The notes below the pieces were generated by a model. It worked only from the letters and a program-made list of their open reading frames with translations, was not told the DNA's origin and searched no databases. Position numbers and translations under genes: made by a program. Of a stretch of 64,000 nucleotides of DNA, positions 47,842 to 59,488 are shown piece by piece (the first letter of the stretch is position 1; each line of letters opens with the position of its first letter). The stretch spans positions 310,001-374,000 of the forward strand of contig JBEUKZ010000111.1 of the NCBI GenBank assembly GCA_048128005.1. Reading direction: 5' to 3'. Source of the DNA: Veleropilina oligotropha. Taxonomy: Eukaryota.

Positions 47842-48669
47842 AATATCAAATCTGTTGATTTCATAAACTGTTGTATAAAGAGACATAACTTGGTGGTTGT
47901 ATATATAGTATATATTAGTTAGTGATCTTAACCCTATATTTGTTTGATAGCATATAGCAATTATTGCTGGATATGCCTTCTTGTTAAATATTATTTTGCA
48001 TTATTCTACAAATAAATTATCATTGAATCCATAAGATGCTTATTAGATTTATTACAATTAATGATATGGAAGGTGTTTTCATCTTGGATGTGAGAACATG
48101 GGTGGATGAATGAAATTTAGAGACACATCAACCTTTTTGTACTCAATCAGCTTAGAACGATGCTATGAATCAATGTTGCATGTAATGGAGATGACAATCT
48201 TTATAACTAATCCCTGTACTCTCGGAACTAGTTAACACTAACTGCAGATTCTCAAACAAACAAGTTTTGATTATTATTGAATGCAGCTTCATGTGCACAA
48301 AAATCAATTAATTATTACTAATACATGTACTAGTTTCATAAATTTTATTCAACCAGTCTTACTCTATTATTACCTATTTTATACCTATGCATCAATATAT
48401 ATAGGACGGTGACAATTCAAACTTGGCAAATGCAAAAGCTTTAATATATATCAGTGTATTGATATATTGGCTGCTGACAATTCAAACTTGGCAAATGCAA
48501 AAGCTTTAATATATATCAGTATATTGAGTAGTTATATTCTATAAACTATCATATTACCTTAAATCTGTAATCAATCATGATCGGAGTTTCTACTGATACA
48601 AACTCCGATCGGAGTTTCTACTGGTAGAATCGCCGATTCTATCAGATCGGAGTTTCTCTCATGACATAT

Positions 48670-48723
48670 ATATGTGTGTGTGCGTGCGTGTGGTGTGTGT
48701 GTGTGTGTGTGTGTGTGCGTGTG

Positions 48724-48755
<32 letters not shown>

Positions 48756-49730
48756 TGTGATTGTCACGAAAATGCAGCAATTTTGAGATTTGGGGTATTT
48801 CAGCCACTATATTTTATAATAATGTAAGTACGTTGTCTCAGTGTGTTTTATTTTATTCTAGCATGTTTATAATTATGAAAAATGTATACTATTTGACAGA
48901 GGGACACGAAACTTGATGTGTGCATGCGTCATAACCCAAAGGTGAGTCGCGTACCAAAAGTAGGTTACCACGACCTACTTTTCATGCTTGACTGCACTCA
49001 ATCCAAAATTCCCTTCCGATCCATATCTCCCATACTATTTCACCGAGGGACATGAATCTTGACGTGTGCATGCGTCATAACCCAAAGGTGTGTCGCGTAA
49101 CGAAAGTAGGTCACCACGACCTACTTTTCATGATTGACTGCTCTGAATCCAAAATTCCCTCCCGCTTCATATCTCCCATAATATTTGACTGAAGGACACG
49201 AAACTTGCTGTGTGTATGCGTCATAACCCAAAGGTGTGTCGCATACCATAAGTAGGTCACTGCGACCTACTTTTCGAACTTGACCCATTTGGTCCACAAT
49301 TCCCTTCTGCTCCATATCTTCCATACTAATTGACCAAGGGACACGAAACTTGATGTGTTTATGCGTCATAACCCAAAGTTGTGTCGCATACCGAAAGTAG
49401 GTCATCGCGACATACTTTTCCTGCTTGACCACATTTGGTCCAAAATTCCCCTCCGTTCCATATCTTCAATACTATTGGACCGAGGGACATGAAACTTCAT
49501 ATGTGTATGCATCAGAACTGAAAGGTATGTCACGTACCAAAAGTAGGTCACCGCGACCTACTTTCCACACTTTACCGCATTCAGTCTAAAATTCCCTTTC
49601 GCTCCATATCTGCCATACTATTTGACTGAGGGACATGAAACTTCATGTGCCACAGTGTGTATGCAACAGCCTGTTCATGGGTAAAACGCTTTCGTGGGGG
49701 CATATGATCACTCCTGTGATAGCTCTAGTT
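48670..49730 (+). mobile_element. Helentron-associated (HINE/DINE-like) non-autonomous element with an internal ~120-150 bp tandem array
   Basis: (GT)/(GCGT) microsatellite, repeated GGGACACGAAACTTGATGTGTG..GCGTCATAACCCAAAG units, end ATCAC..GTGAT AGCTCTAGTT. Confidence 0.55.
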
Positions 49731-52036
49731 TAAATCAACGATATTCTTTCAAGAACATACAGCATATAGTAATTATTGTGAATTGATGGCTTTGTCTTCT
49801 TGTTAATGATTACTATTGAAATATAATGATGACGTCGTAGTTTTTGCGGCGGATTAATCGCGAGAACCAAGTCACGAGAGGTTTCCGATGTGCCAGAAAC
49901 TACACAATAACTGATGACATTTGTATTATATGCCGCAACAAGTTTCTTATTAAATTGAATCGAAAGATTATGGTAATTTCAGTCACGAATCTGTAAGGGA
50001 GGTTGAAATAGTATAGGACTATATTGGAAGTAGTTCCTACGATTTGTCAGCCATTTTGAATATATAAGCAAGAGACGTTTTCCTGTGAATATATAAGCAG
50101 GAGACGTTTTCTGAATCGATATCAGCTGTGTCCGTGATACAGGGTCTCGGAAAACTGCGCGAGAATAGGCGTCAGAAAACGACTGGCATATAATATAATT
50201 ATTTAACTTTGTTTTTTTCTTGTAGGACATTTTGAACGGATGAATTTCTTAATTTTGGAATTGACAGTCATCGAATTGGAATCTTCGAATTTTCTTCTTC
50301 AACAATAATTTTTTTTCATTCGTTTGGCTCAAATCTACACTATAACGAATGCACCTGCTAGTACTATGTGCGATATAACATTCAACGACTCGAACAGGCG
50401 CCAAGTTCATAAGAGAACCCATGTTAAGGATAAGCGACACCAATGAAGCATGTGTGCAAAGAAATTTACAACATGGAGTCGGCTTCAACGGCATCTGCGT
50501 ATTCACACTGGTGAAAAACCGTATCAATGCTGCTTCTGTTACAAGACATTTACTCGATCAGACAGTCTTAAATTGCACATGTCCGTTCATACAGGAGAAA
50601 AACGGCATCAGTGTGTTTTGTGTAATCAGACATTTTCAACAGCAGGTCATATAAAGTCACACATGGTAATTCATACACGGGGAAAATCACATCAATGCTG
50701 TATTTGTGATAAGTCATTTTCAACTGCAAGTCATCTGAAGGCGCATATACGAGTTCACACCGGTGAGAAACCATATGCATGTGCTATCTGCGATCATACA
50801 TGTTTGCAGGCAGCTGGTCTGAAGAGCCACATGGCAATCCATACTACGGAGAAGCATCATCAATGCGTTATGTGTGATGAAACATTTTCACTGGCAGGAA
50901 ATGCACGAAAGCACATGCGAATTCATACTGAGAAGAGATCACGGCAATGCACTGTGTGCGATAAGACATTTTCAATGGCAGGTGATCTGAAGAAGCACAT
51001 ACAGACCCATACTGGAGAGAAGTCATATAAATGCGATGTTTGCGATCAGACATTTTCGTATGCATCTCATATGAAGTGCGCATACGAATCCACTCAGGTG
51101 AAAAACCATATAAGGAGAAATAGAGGCCTTGAGTGAATCGGCTAGGATATAGTTCACGAGACAAAATATATTTAATATTTCTGACATAACATAGAATGCT
51201 CAATTTATTATATGAATGGGTTAGTTATCAATTAAATACTGTTTTCATTATATAGCCATGCTTATTTTTGTGAAAGAACGAACGCCTTCGTTGTAATGTT
51301 GAAATGTAGTTCACCATCATAACGTCGCCATGGATGACGTCGCCATGGACAACGTTTTTATGACGTCACTTTATGACGCGTTTTTGATATTTGCACTCAC
51401 AAGAGTGAAATATGGAACATATTTTCACTCACGTGAGTGAAAATATAGATGAGTGAATTACCGATTATATTTTTGCCATTAATTAACGAATAACAGCACC
51501 ATTTATATAATAAGTCACATCGTTGCACTGTTTGTGATCAGACATTTTCACTAGCAAGTAACCTGAAGACGCATATACGAGTCCATACTGGGGAAAAGCC
51601 ATACAAATGCGCTGTGTGCAATCGGACATTTTTTCAATCAATTATTCTGAAAGGGCACATACTAAGGATAAGCCACATTAATTCGTTGTGTGCAATAAAT
51701 CGTTTTCACATCCATGTTCTTTGAAACACCACATACGAATCCATACTGGGGAGACACCATTTAAATGTGCTGAATGTATGCAGAGATTTTCGCATCCACC
51801 TAGTCTGAAGAAGCACATGTTGCAAGTCCATGCTAATGAGAAGCCACATCAATGTGTTGTGTGCGAAAAAGCATTTGCCCAAGCAGGTACTTTGCAGCTG
51901 CACATTCGAATAAATACTGCGGAGAAACCATACAAATGTGTTGAGTGTATTAAGGTATTTTCTCAGGCATCTCATCTGAGGAGGCACGTAAAAGTAATGC
52001 ATCGTGTAGATTAATATGTAGCATCAAAATCGGACA

Positions 52037-52260
52037 TTTTCACAAGCAGGTCATCTACACGTTATTTTCACAAGCAGGTCATCTACACGTTATTTTCACA
52101 AGCAGGTCATCTACACGTTATTTTCACAAGCAGGTCATCTACACGTTATTTTCACAAGCAGGTCATCTACACGTTATTTTCACAAGCAGGTCATCTACAC
52201 GTTATTTTCACAAGCAGGTCATCTACACGTTATTTTCACAAGCAGGTCATCTACACGTTA
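52037..52260. repeat. Minisatellite, 8 x 28 bp
   Basis: TTTTCACAAGCAGGTCATCTACACGTTA x8. Confidence 0.95.
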
Positions 52261-52601
52261 TTTTCCACATGAGGCTAAAAGTATTCCATTGACAAAATTT
52301 AAGTGTAATAAATGCTGCCATAAGGCAAGTTTGTGAACTATATTTGGTATCATGCTGTCATATTTGTGTATTAATCTTCAAATGTTACTTGCATATTAAA
52401 ATGTAATCAGACATAGCATTTATACCTGCGTACACGGTTCGTTTTTCTCAGCAATTAAATGCACGATATTTCTATTCGATGCCCATACAGTGTTGGTATG
52501 TAGTGGCATCGTGCTATTTTGCCATGATTATCATGAGGTAATAATAATAATATAAAACTTATATTGCGTGCATGGTTTACAAAAGCATTAAGTATATATA
52601 G

Positions 52602-53997
52602 AATACTACACTGGTTGTCGATAGATACCATTTTTACGTGACGAGTATATGTCTGACGGTATCTAAACGAGCGAAAGCGAGTTTAGATACCGTCAGACAT
52701 ATACAGTCACGTAAAAATGGTATCTATCGACAACCAGTGTAGTATTTTATTTATTACTCACGATATTTATGTTGAAATACTTGTTTTATTATCGTATTTC
52801 TGCATATAAATCCGAACATTGTCCCAACAACATTTGCGTAGGCATTGACTCTTCACATATGTGAAAAAATCCTTGCGCATTAATATAGGTCGTTCTTATT
52901 GCCTAACAACGTTAAAAAATAAAAATAACAAAACATCTTATAACAATCAATAAGATATTTAATTAAATATTTGTAAATGGATATTATTATTTATATTTAT
53001 ATACAGAGGTTTCAAAATAGCATCAAATTTCCATATTACATCGCGTGTTGTTGTTGGTTTCATTGTTTTGTCTGGGGCGCTTTGGGCTCGATGTCCCACT
53101 AGCTATTTTGATGTTGATGGTGCAATTAGAAATCGGTGCCGAAAAAATAGAACTTAAAGAAATTCCATCGACTAGATTGTTAAATTTATGGAGCGGGACT
53201 GTGAATTGGAAGTTGTCGAGACATTTATCGAGGGTGGATCTGCAGACATTTCAACGCTATCAGACGGAGGAACGTGCAAACTGATGATATTGACGATGTT
53301 GGTCAGTGGAAATGCTGCTGTAGTTATTGACGCTCTGTATGTTTTTATGTCCGGATATCTGCATAATTTCAGTGGATGAAACATTATTTTCGCGAAGATT
53401 TTAGATCATCGCTTTTCTCGCCGAGTGATTTGTGATATGTTTACCAGTGATTCCAACTGCAAACGCCATTCGTTTCATTGTGCCGGCAAGTTTGTTTTGG
53501 CCAACTGGTTGGCATTTGAACCATGGGTGGTATTGAGCTGGCGAGACTTTTGAATTTGTTGCCAGATAAAACTGGTCTCACGGTAGCAGAAAGCTTATAA
53601 ATGGATACCGGCACGAGGACGATACCGGCAGGGACATTCCGGATATCACGGCCGGTACGTGTTTTAGTTATATTCAAGAAACTCTCTTATTTGTAAATAC
53701 AAGTTTATAGTGGCTACATTAACATATATGAATATTCATATGTTACGAATGTTTATAGTCATTTTAATTATGCGTTCATTGATTTATAAGATCTCGTTCC
53801 GACAGCAGTCGTGAGACATTTGCTTGATAGTAAAAGTTGTGACATTTATCAATGAAAAAAGTAGTCCCGTGACCTGACATCAGCAGACTGATATTGTCCA
53901 ATCAAAATTGAGGGTTGGGGGTCAACTATTTATCCAACACCCGTAAGATACGAGATTTTTACTAAACACTAATATCCTCAACACCCGAGTAATAAAT
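52602..53997. mobile_element. Crypton-like non-autonomous element with long terminal hairpin
   Basis: Near-perfect palindrome 52602-52746 with GAGCGAAAGCGA loop; ATTTATTACTC (52749) inverted with GAGTAATAAAT (~53987). Confidence 0.5.
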
Positions 53998-54268
53998 CAC
54001 AAGAACAAATATTCAATTATAAACATGTCACATTTCACGAAAACATTTCAATATTGCATGCGTGACAAGACGTTTACGCGATCAGACTGTACGTGCATAT
54101 GTTCATTCGTATAGGAGAGAAACCGCACCAGTGCGTTTTGTGTAGTCAGACATTTTTGCAAGCAATTAGTCTAAACGCGCACATGCTAGTTCATACTAAT
54201 AAGTCTCACCAATGCGTTGCATGCGATAACACATTTTCCCAAGCAGATGATCCGAGGGGGGATGTCAT

Positions 54269-55050
54269 TATAGGTTACATGGTTTGTTAGTGACCTAATA
54301 TGGATATTTATTGGGTGAGTGGAATTTCATATTGGACGAGCCGGGTGAGTGGAATTTCATATTGGACGAGGCGGAGCCGAGTCCAATATGAAATTCCACT
54401 CACCCAATAAATATCCATATTAGGTCACTAACAAACCATGTAACCTATATATCATGGCAACGACCTAATGGTTTAATTATATATTAGGCCTACATGAGAA
54501 TACAGTTGTAATAATAAATTCATTAAATGTCTTAATATTGAGATAAAATAAATTTTAAATTAGGTCGAATTGATGGTTGAATGGTGGACTTTTTAAATAT
54601 CGATTTAATGAGTAGCATATTTGTTCTAGCGATATTGATTTATAATGTTCTCAGTTTGACTTTCTTGCATCGATGTAAAAGTGACCCAGTACTTCGTCCA
54701 TTCTGACGGCGTCAAGCGTTTCGAAGTTATTTGGCTGATTTTTTTCGGTAAGGTAATATCGGAGGCAACTAGCAGCGTGCTGGTTACACTTCATCGTAGC
54801 TTCTGCATTTACCTTTCTCATTTTTGCTTCTATATCCTCTAGTGTAGACGATGCAAATCTCTTGTTCATTATGTAATTAACGCAGGTAGGTAATCGAGAA
54901 ATGGGTGTCGTCTGCTAACAGAAATAGTAACAAGGGAAGCAACTCTCGCATCGACGTATTATGAAAGTCTACTGTCAGTTTATGAAAAAATATTACGTCG
55001 GCACGTGACGCGATGCAGCCAATGAATGGGTTGCGTGGCTGTCGGATTAT
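54269..55050 (-). mobile_element. Crypton-like element: long hairpin plus N-terminal remnant of a tyrosine-recombinase-type protein (54651-54869)
   Basis: Palindrome 54269-54449 centred on GAGGCGGAGCCGAG; ORF KRFAS...FETLD...DEVLGHFYIDARK resembles Crypton/DUF3504 N-termini. Confidence 0.55.
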
Positions 55051-55336
55051 GTTTAGTTCATGCAGACGTTTTCGCACGCATCTATCCTGAATACGAACAT
55101 GCAAATCCATACACAAGAGAGGCAGCATCGGTGCACTGTTGGGACATGTTCACGAGCTCATCATCTGAAGAGCGTACGAATACGTACAGGGGGGAAACCG
55201 TATAAACGTGATGTGTGCGATCAGGCCTTTTCATTTGCGAGCTGTCTGAAGCAGCACATGTTTGTTCATGCTATGGAGAAAATGAAAGGATAGATGCTTA
55301 TATTATCACTGGAAGAAAGCCCTATCCGACCAGTTA

Positions 55337-55881
55337 TGCCTATGTCACAAATACATCATAAGCGGATACGGCGCTCGTACGATGTTTGTTTTTGAAGATG
55401 TCGCACGGTCATCGGCGACATCATGCGGACATCGGAGACATTTTCGCCGATTTTGGGGGCATCTTGGGGTCATCGGCAACTTTTTGCACGGAGTTATAAT
55501 TTTTAGAAGATCGCACGATTTTGAAATCAGGAAATCTTCGCAGGCATATCGCAAGGATGCCTTGCGGTTACCTTACCCCGTAAGAGATCGTAGGAAGTCC
55601 GTAGGGCATCCGTACGGCATCCTTACGATGTCGGGACAAAATGCGAAAGATATAGGGTGACCGTACGGGGATCGCGAGGTGACCTTACGGGAATCGTAAT
55701 GTAATCTTACGATGTTCGCACGATTTGATTGGCAGAAAAATTGTGTTAGTCCGTACGGGAACGTATATAATGTGACCACGGCACAGATTTTTGCCAGAAA
55801 CCTACGATTCTTCCCCGATGTCGGGGACGCCGTACGATTATCCTCCATCGCATGGCGACCGGTGTATTTGTGACATAGGCA
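55337..55881. mobile_element. PIF/Harbinger-type MITE
   Basis: TIR TGCCTATGTCACAAATACA / TGTATTTGTGACATAGGCA; TTA on both sides (55334-55336, 55882-55884). Confidence 0.85.
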
Positions 55882-56624
55882 TTACGGACAACTGTGATTC
55901 ATAACAAACATATGTGTGATGTCCCTGCCGAGGTTTGCACCCACTACTGTTCGCGTCAGCGGAATCAAGCCAGTGATTTTTCGGAGTCCACAACCGAAAC
56001 CACACAGCTGTCGAAGCTGCCTTATGCTAATGAGAAGTCACATGAATGCGTTATTTGTGGTAAACATTTTCACTAGAATATGATCTGAAAACGCACATGT
56101 TAATTCACTTAGGAGGGAACAAAGTTTTGATAATTATCTGTTTGTAACACGTGACAGCTTATATCTGCTGATCATCGGCAAGACGTTAATTATTCGCGGT
56201 CGTTTATAATAGGCAGAACACACAACTAGTACATGCATTGATAATGGTATACGGGCAAAACCACCCTAGGACAAAACACCCATGGACAAAACACCCATGG
56301 TCTAAACACACATGGTCCAAATGATATGCCAGACAAAACCCCCCATTTTTCAGTTTGTATAGTATATATGTTCATTATGACTACTTTAAAATATGAAAAT
56401 ATTATATTTTAATCATCTCTCCCTAGTTCTATTGACTACTTATTATGGGGATTATGAACACCTAAATAATAAGTTGCTGACAACACCAAGACAATCGGGG
56501 AATTTTGAATGGTTCTTGCACATTGTATAAGATTACATTGACAGTGTATGTCATATAAATGATGACAACTAGTGTATAATAAATATATATATTGTTATAG
56601 ACCTAGAAGATTTTTTTAACAGTG

Positions 56625-56818
56625 TTATGACTGGAGGAAACCCCGGTCGCCCGGGTAAACCCGCCCTCTTCGGCCAGTCGTGGACAACTGTGATTCATAA
56701 CTTGAACAAATGTCAATGCCTCAGCCAGGTATTGAACCCACCACTCTTCGCATTAGCGGAATCAAGCCAGTGAATTTAGAGTGGACACTCTTACCCACTG
56801 CGCTGCCGAAGCGGCCCT
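56625..56818 (-). mobile_element. tRNA-derived SINE (related copy at ~55310-56022 split by the MITE)
   Basis: Minus strand A-box-like GCGCAGTGG and B-box-like GGGTTCAATACC; GGACAACTGTGATTCATAAC and AGCGGAATCAAGCCAGTGA shared by both copies. Confidence 0.6.
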
Positions 56819-57849
56819 TAAGGGAATGAAGTGAGCAATCTGTCTTAATATATGCGGGGAGAAGGTTCCGCTCTCTTACTGTTATAGGAATGAAAGAGTT
56901 ATAATAGAGATTTGTTTTTGAAGATGTTATTTCTATGTTTGAGCGGTTTCGATGATTCCTATCACAATGATCTTGATGTCTGGCTGGGACTAATATTTGG
57001 GAATATTGTGGTGTAATTTTATTGACCATTTTGAAAAAAGTAATTATTCTATGTTTATATCGCCGGTATGATAGACTCTCCCATTTTGTCTCTTTGGTTA
57101 GTTTGGCTTAATTGTATCCCCCGAAACGAAAGTAGCGGGGTATACTATGGTTTAGCGTCCGTTACGCCGCTGCGTCTGCCGAGAGATTCCTCATGATCGC
57201 ACTAGACAGGCCATTTCTTAACGGAATGTTTTCAAATTTGGTAAGTGCATTGGTTGGGGCGAGGACACGACACCTATATAATTTGGGTGTGGCCCGACCT
57301 CCAAGATGGCCGCCGCGGCCTCCATCTTGGATTTTAAGCATAATTCCTTGTGATCGCATTAGACAGGTCATTTCTTAACGGAATGCTTAAGTTTAGACTG
57401 AATATTATTGCAACTGCAGCCTGCTCGTGTGGATGAAGACGTCGAACATCTTTATTGTACTGCCCGAACTATACCGAGCAACGAAATATACTTTTTAGAG
57501 CAATTGGAGCACAACACATCTCTACCCTTCTATTTGGAAGCAGACGCCATAGCGAAATTACCAACCGCGAAACCCTCAAAGCGGTTCAGATATACATTAA
57601 GAAAATTCTAATAGAGCAAAATAATGAGAGCTGAATTATTAGCTAAGCTGCACACCCGAACACCTAAACACAATATACACATAGCAACGACTACAGAAAT
57701 ATGTCAATCCTCACAGTAATATAATGTCCACTTCTTATAAATTATTCCTATACCAAAGTATATCACAATAGCATGAATGTCAATGTGATTAATTATTTAT
57801 ACCATATAAAGACTGACAGCAAAAATATTAATATAATTAATTATAATTT

Positions 57850-58150
57850 AACGGTCTTATATAGCGCATTATTACGCAAATGTCTGAATGCGCTGAACAT
57901 TATTATTATATTACCCCTGGTTATGGGCCTGTTTTACTCGATATACCATCTCAACTCCCTCTGGGAGCATTACAGTCATTTACACGTGGGTAGCGCCGTG
58001 ACTTACATAACTGCCAACCAGGTACCCATTCAGATCGGCTGGGTGGACCGAGGCAAGTATATGCTTATTTCCTTTCCCAAGTGAAATCACCGAGCTTTGG
58101 CGGCGAACCCGGGACTCTGTGACTAGAGTCCTGAGAACAACCCACTGAGC
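57850..58150 (-). mobile_element. Deu/Nin-domain-like SINE
   Basis: CCAGGTACCCATT..GCTGGGTG core and tRNA-like head near 58100-58150. Confidence 0.45.
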
Positions 58151-58716
58151 CCACTTATGTCACCTCAACCCATTTTACTTAACGTATGTGTACATATGAT
58201 CATTTCTTCGATAATAAAATATGTTTAAATCAAGTTGGGTATGTGCATTGGTTGGGGCGAGGACGTAACTGTAACGCCCAATTATGTCACCTCAACCCAT
58301 TTTGTCATAGCTCACCAGTTTTGTCAATTCATACCAACCACATTTGTCAACCTCTCCACTTTTGTCAACTCGGAGGTCCTCAGTTTTGTCAAAAATGTCA
58401 ACCACTTTGTCGCTACAGAAGATGCCACGATGTCAACCGGGCCCGATCACTTTTGCCGTCCGTAGTTTCTTAACCTAAAAATATATCCGGGGGGGGGACT
58501 AAGGCGGTTTAGACTAGGGGCTCACGGCCGCCGGGGAGGCTCCCAGCGCCATCCGAAACTCGGGTAGCTTAGAATAGTCAGCAGGGGGGCGTTTTAGAAT
58601 AATCCAGGGGAGGGGCCTCGGCCCCCGGGGGAGGATCCTAGCGCCAAAAATTGAAGCCCGGCAAACTCCAAGTTGAATACTCTTGAGTATCCCGTATCCG
58701 ACCCCGACCCAACACT

Positions 58717-59070
58717 ATGTCCGACAAGTCGAAGCACCAGCCGCTCGTTGACAGCATCATCGCCGCCGTCCAGGCGACGCTAGCGGCCAAGTTCCAGGTT
58801 CTGCGAACCGAGATCGCGACGGAGTTTGCAAACGTCAGCACCCTCCTCGCTGCGATCCTGGCCCGCCTCGAGGTCTTCGAGGTGAGCGGGGGGACCAAGC
58901 GGACGCCCCGGGGCGAGCGGAAGACCGGGACACCACCACCACCAGGGCGACGACCCTTGGGACAAGGTGAAGAACACAGGGTAGCTTCGAATAGTCTATT
59001 TGGGCCCCCCCCGGGCCTGGGCCCTGGCCCCCACGCCCGTTTGAACAGAGCTGGTAGTACGAGCCCGTAG
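58717..59070 (+). CDS. Hypothetical helical protein, possibly truncated or frameshifted
   Basis: Amphipathic helix VSTLLAAILARLEVF followed by basic low-complexity tail. Confidence 0.45.
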   Translation: MSDKSKHQPLVDSIIAAVQATLAAKFQVLRTEIATEFANVSTLLAAILARLEVFEVSGGTKRTPRGERKTGTPPPPGRRPLGQGEEHRVASNSLFGPPPGLGPGPHARLNRAGSTSP

Positions 59071-59152
59071 GGACTTCCCCGGGGGCCCGTTACCCTCGCC
59101 GGCCCGGGCTTGATATATTAGTGTCATAATCTATTAGAGACTGGTATATGCA

Positions 59153-59446
59153 ATGCTATTTGCCATGTGGGGAACGAATCTATGTCCTTGGTTGAAAGTT
59201 AATACTGTTGGGGTTTGTGGTCGTACCTGCATCAGCGAATTTTGCAAGACACATAGACAGCAAATTCGGATGGGAAGAACATCACCCCTGCCATGTAAGA
59301 GGTGTGGTGTCGGTACGAAATCGGCCGTTCTGTTGTGTATACCATGTGGAGGTCATCGTGGCGCTCAGGCTCTCATAAACACTGAAAAAAGAGCCCACCG
59401 TCTCTACGGCAAAGTATTGTGCGAGGTGCTGTCGCGCGCGACTTAA
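59153..59446 (+). CDS. Small Cys/His-rich protein, homolog of 7785-8078
   Basis: MWGT..C.WL, CGxxCxxEFCKxH, PCxxCG.G, LC..CG conserved. Confidence 0.7.
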   Translation: MLFAMWGTNLCPWLKVNTVGVCGRTCISEFCKTHRQQIRMGRTSPLPCKRCGVGTKSAVLLCIPCGGHRGAQALINTEKRAHRLYGKVLCEVLSRAT

Positions 59447-59488
59447 AACATTTCCATTTAGAGACTGGTATATCCATATCATGTCGAA

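Larger units (their letters stand above)
50450..56110 (+). pseudogene. Tandem C2H2 zinc-finger gene, fragmented by insertions and frameshifts
   Basis: CxxC..F.....L..H...HTGEKPY fingers at 50450-51110, ~51512-52014, ~54020-54250, ~55060-55290, ~56025-56110. Confidence 0.8.

Noticed and set aside
52037..52260. 28-bp repeats as CRISPR direct repeats
   Set aside because: Head-to-tail with no spacers; derived from zinc-finger coding sequence
56700..56818. tRNA gene
   Set aside because: A/B-box-like motifs are present but no convincing cloverleaf; a related diverged copy nearby indicates a SINE
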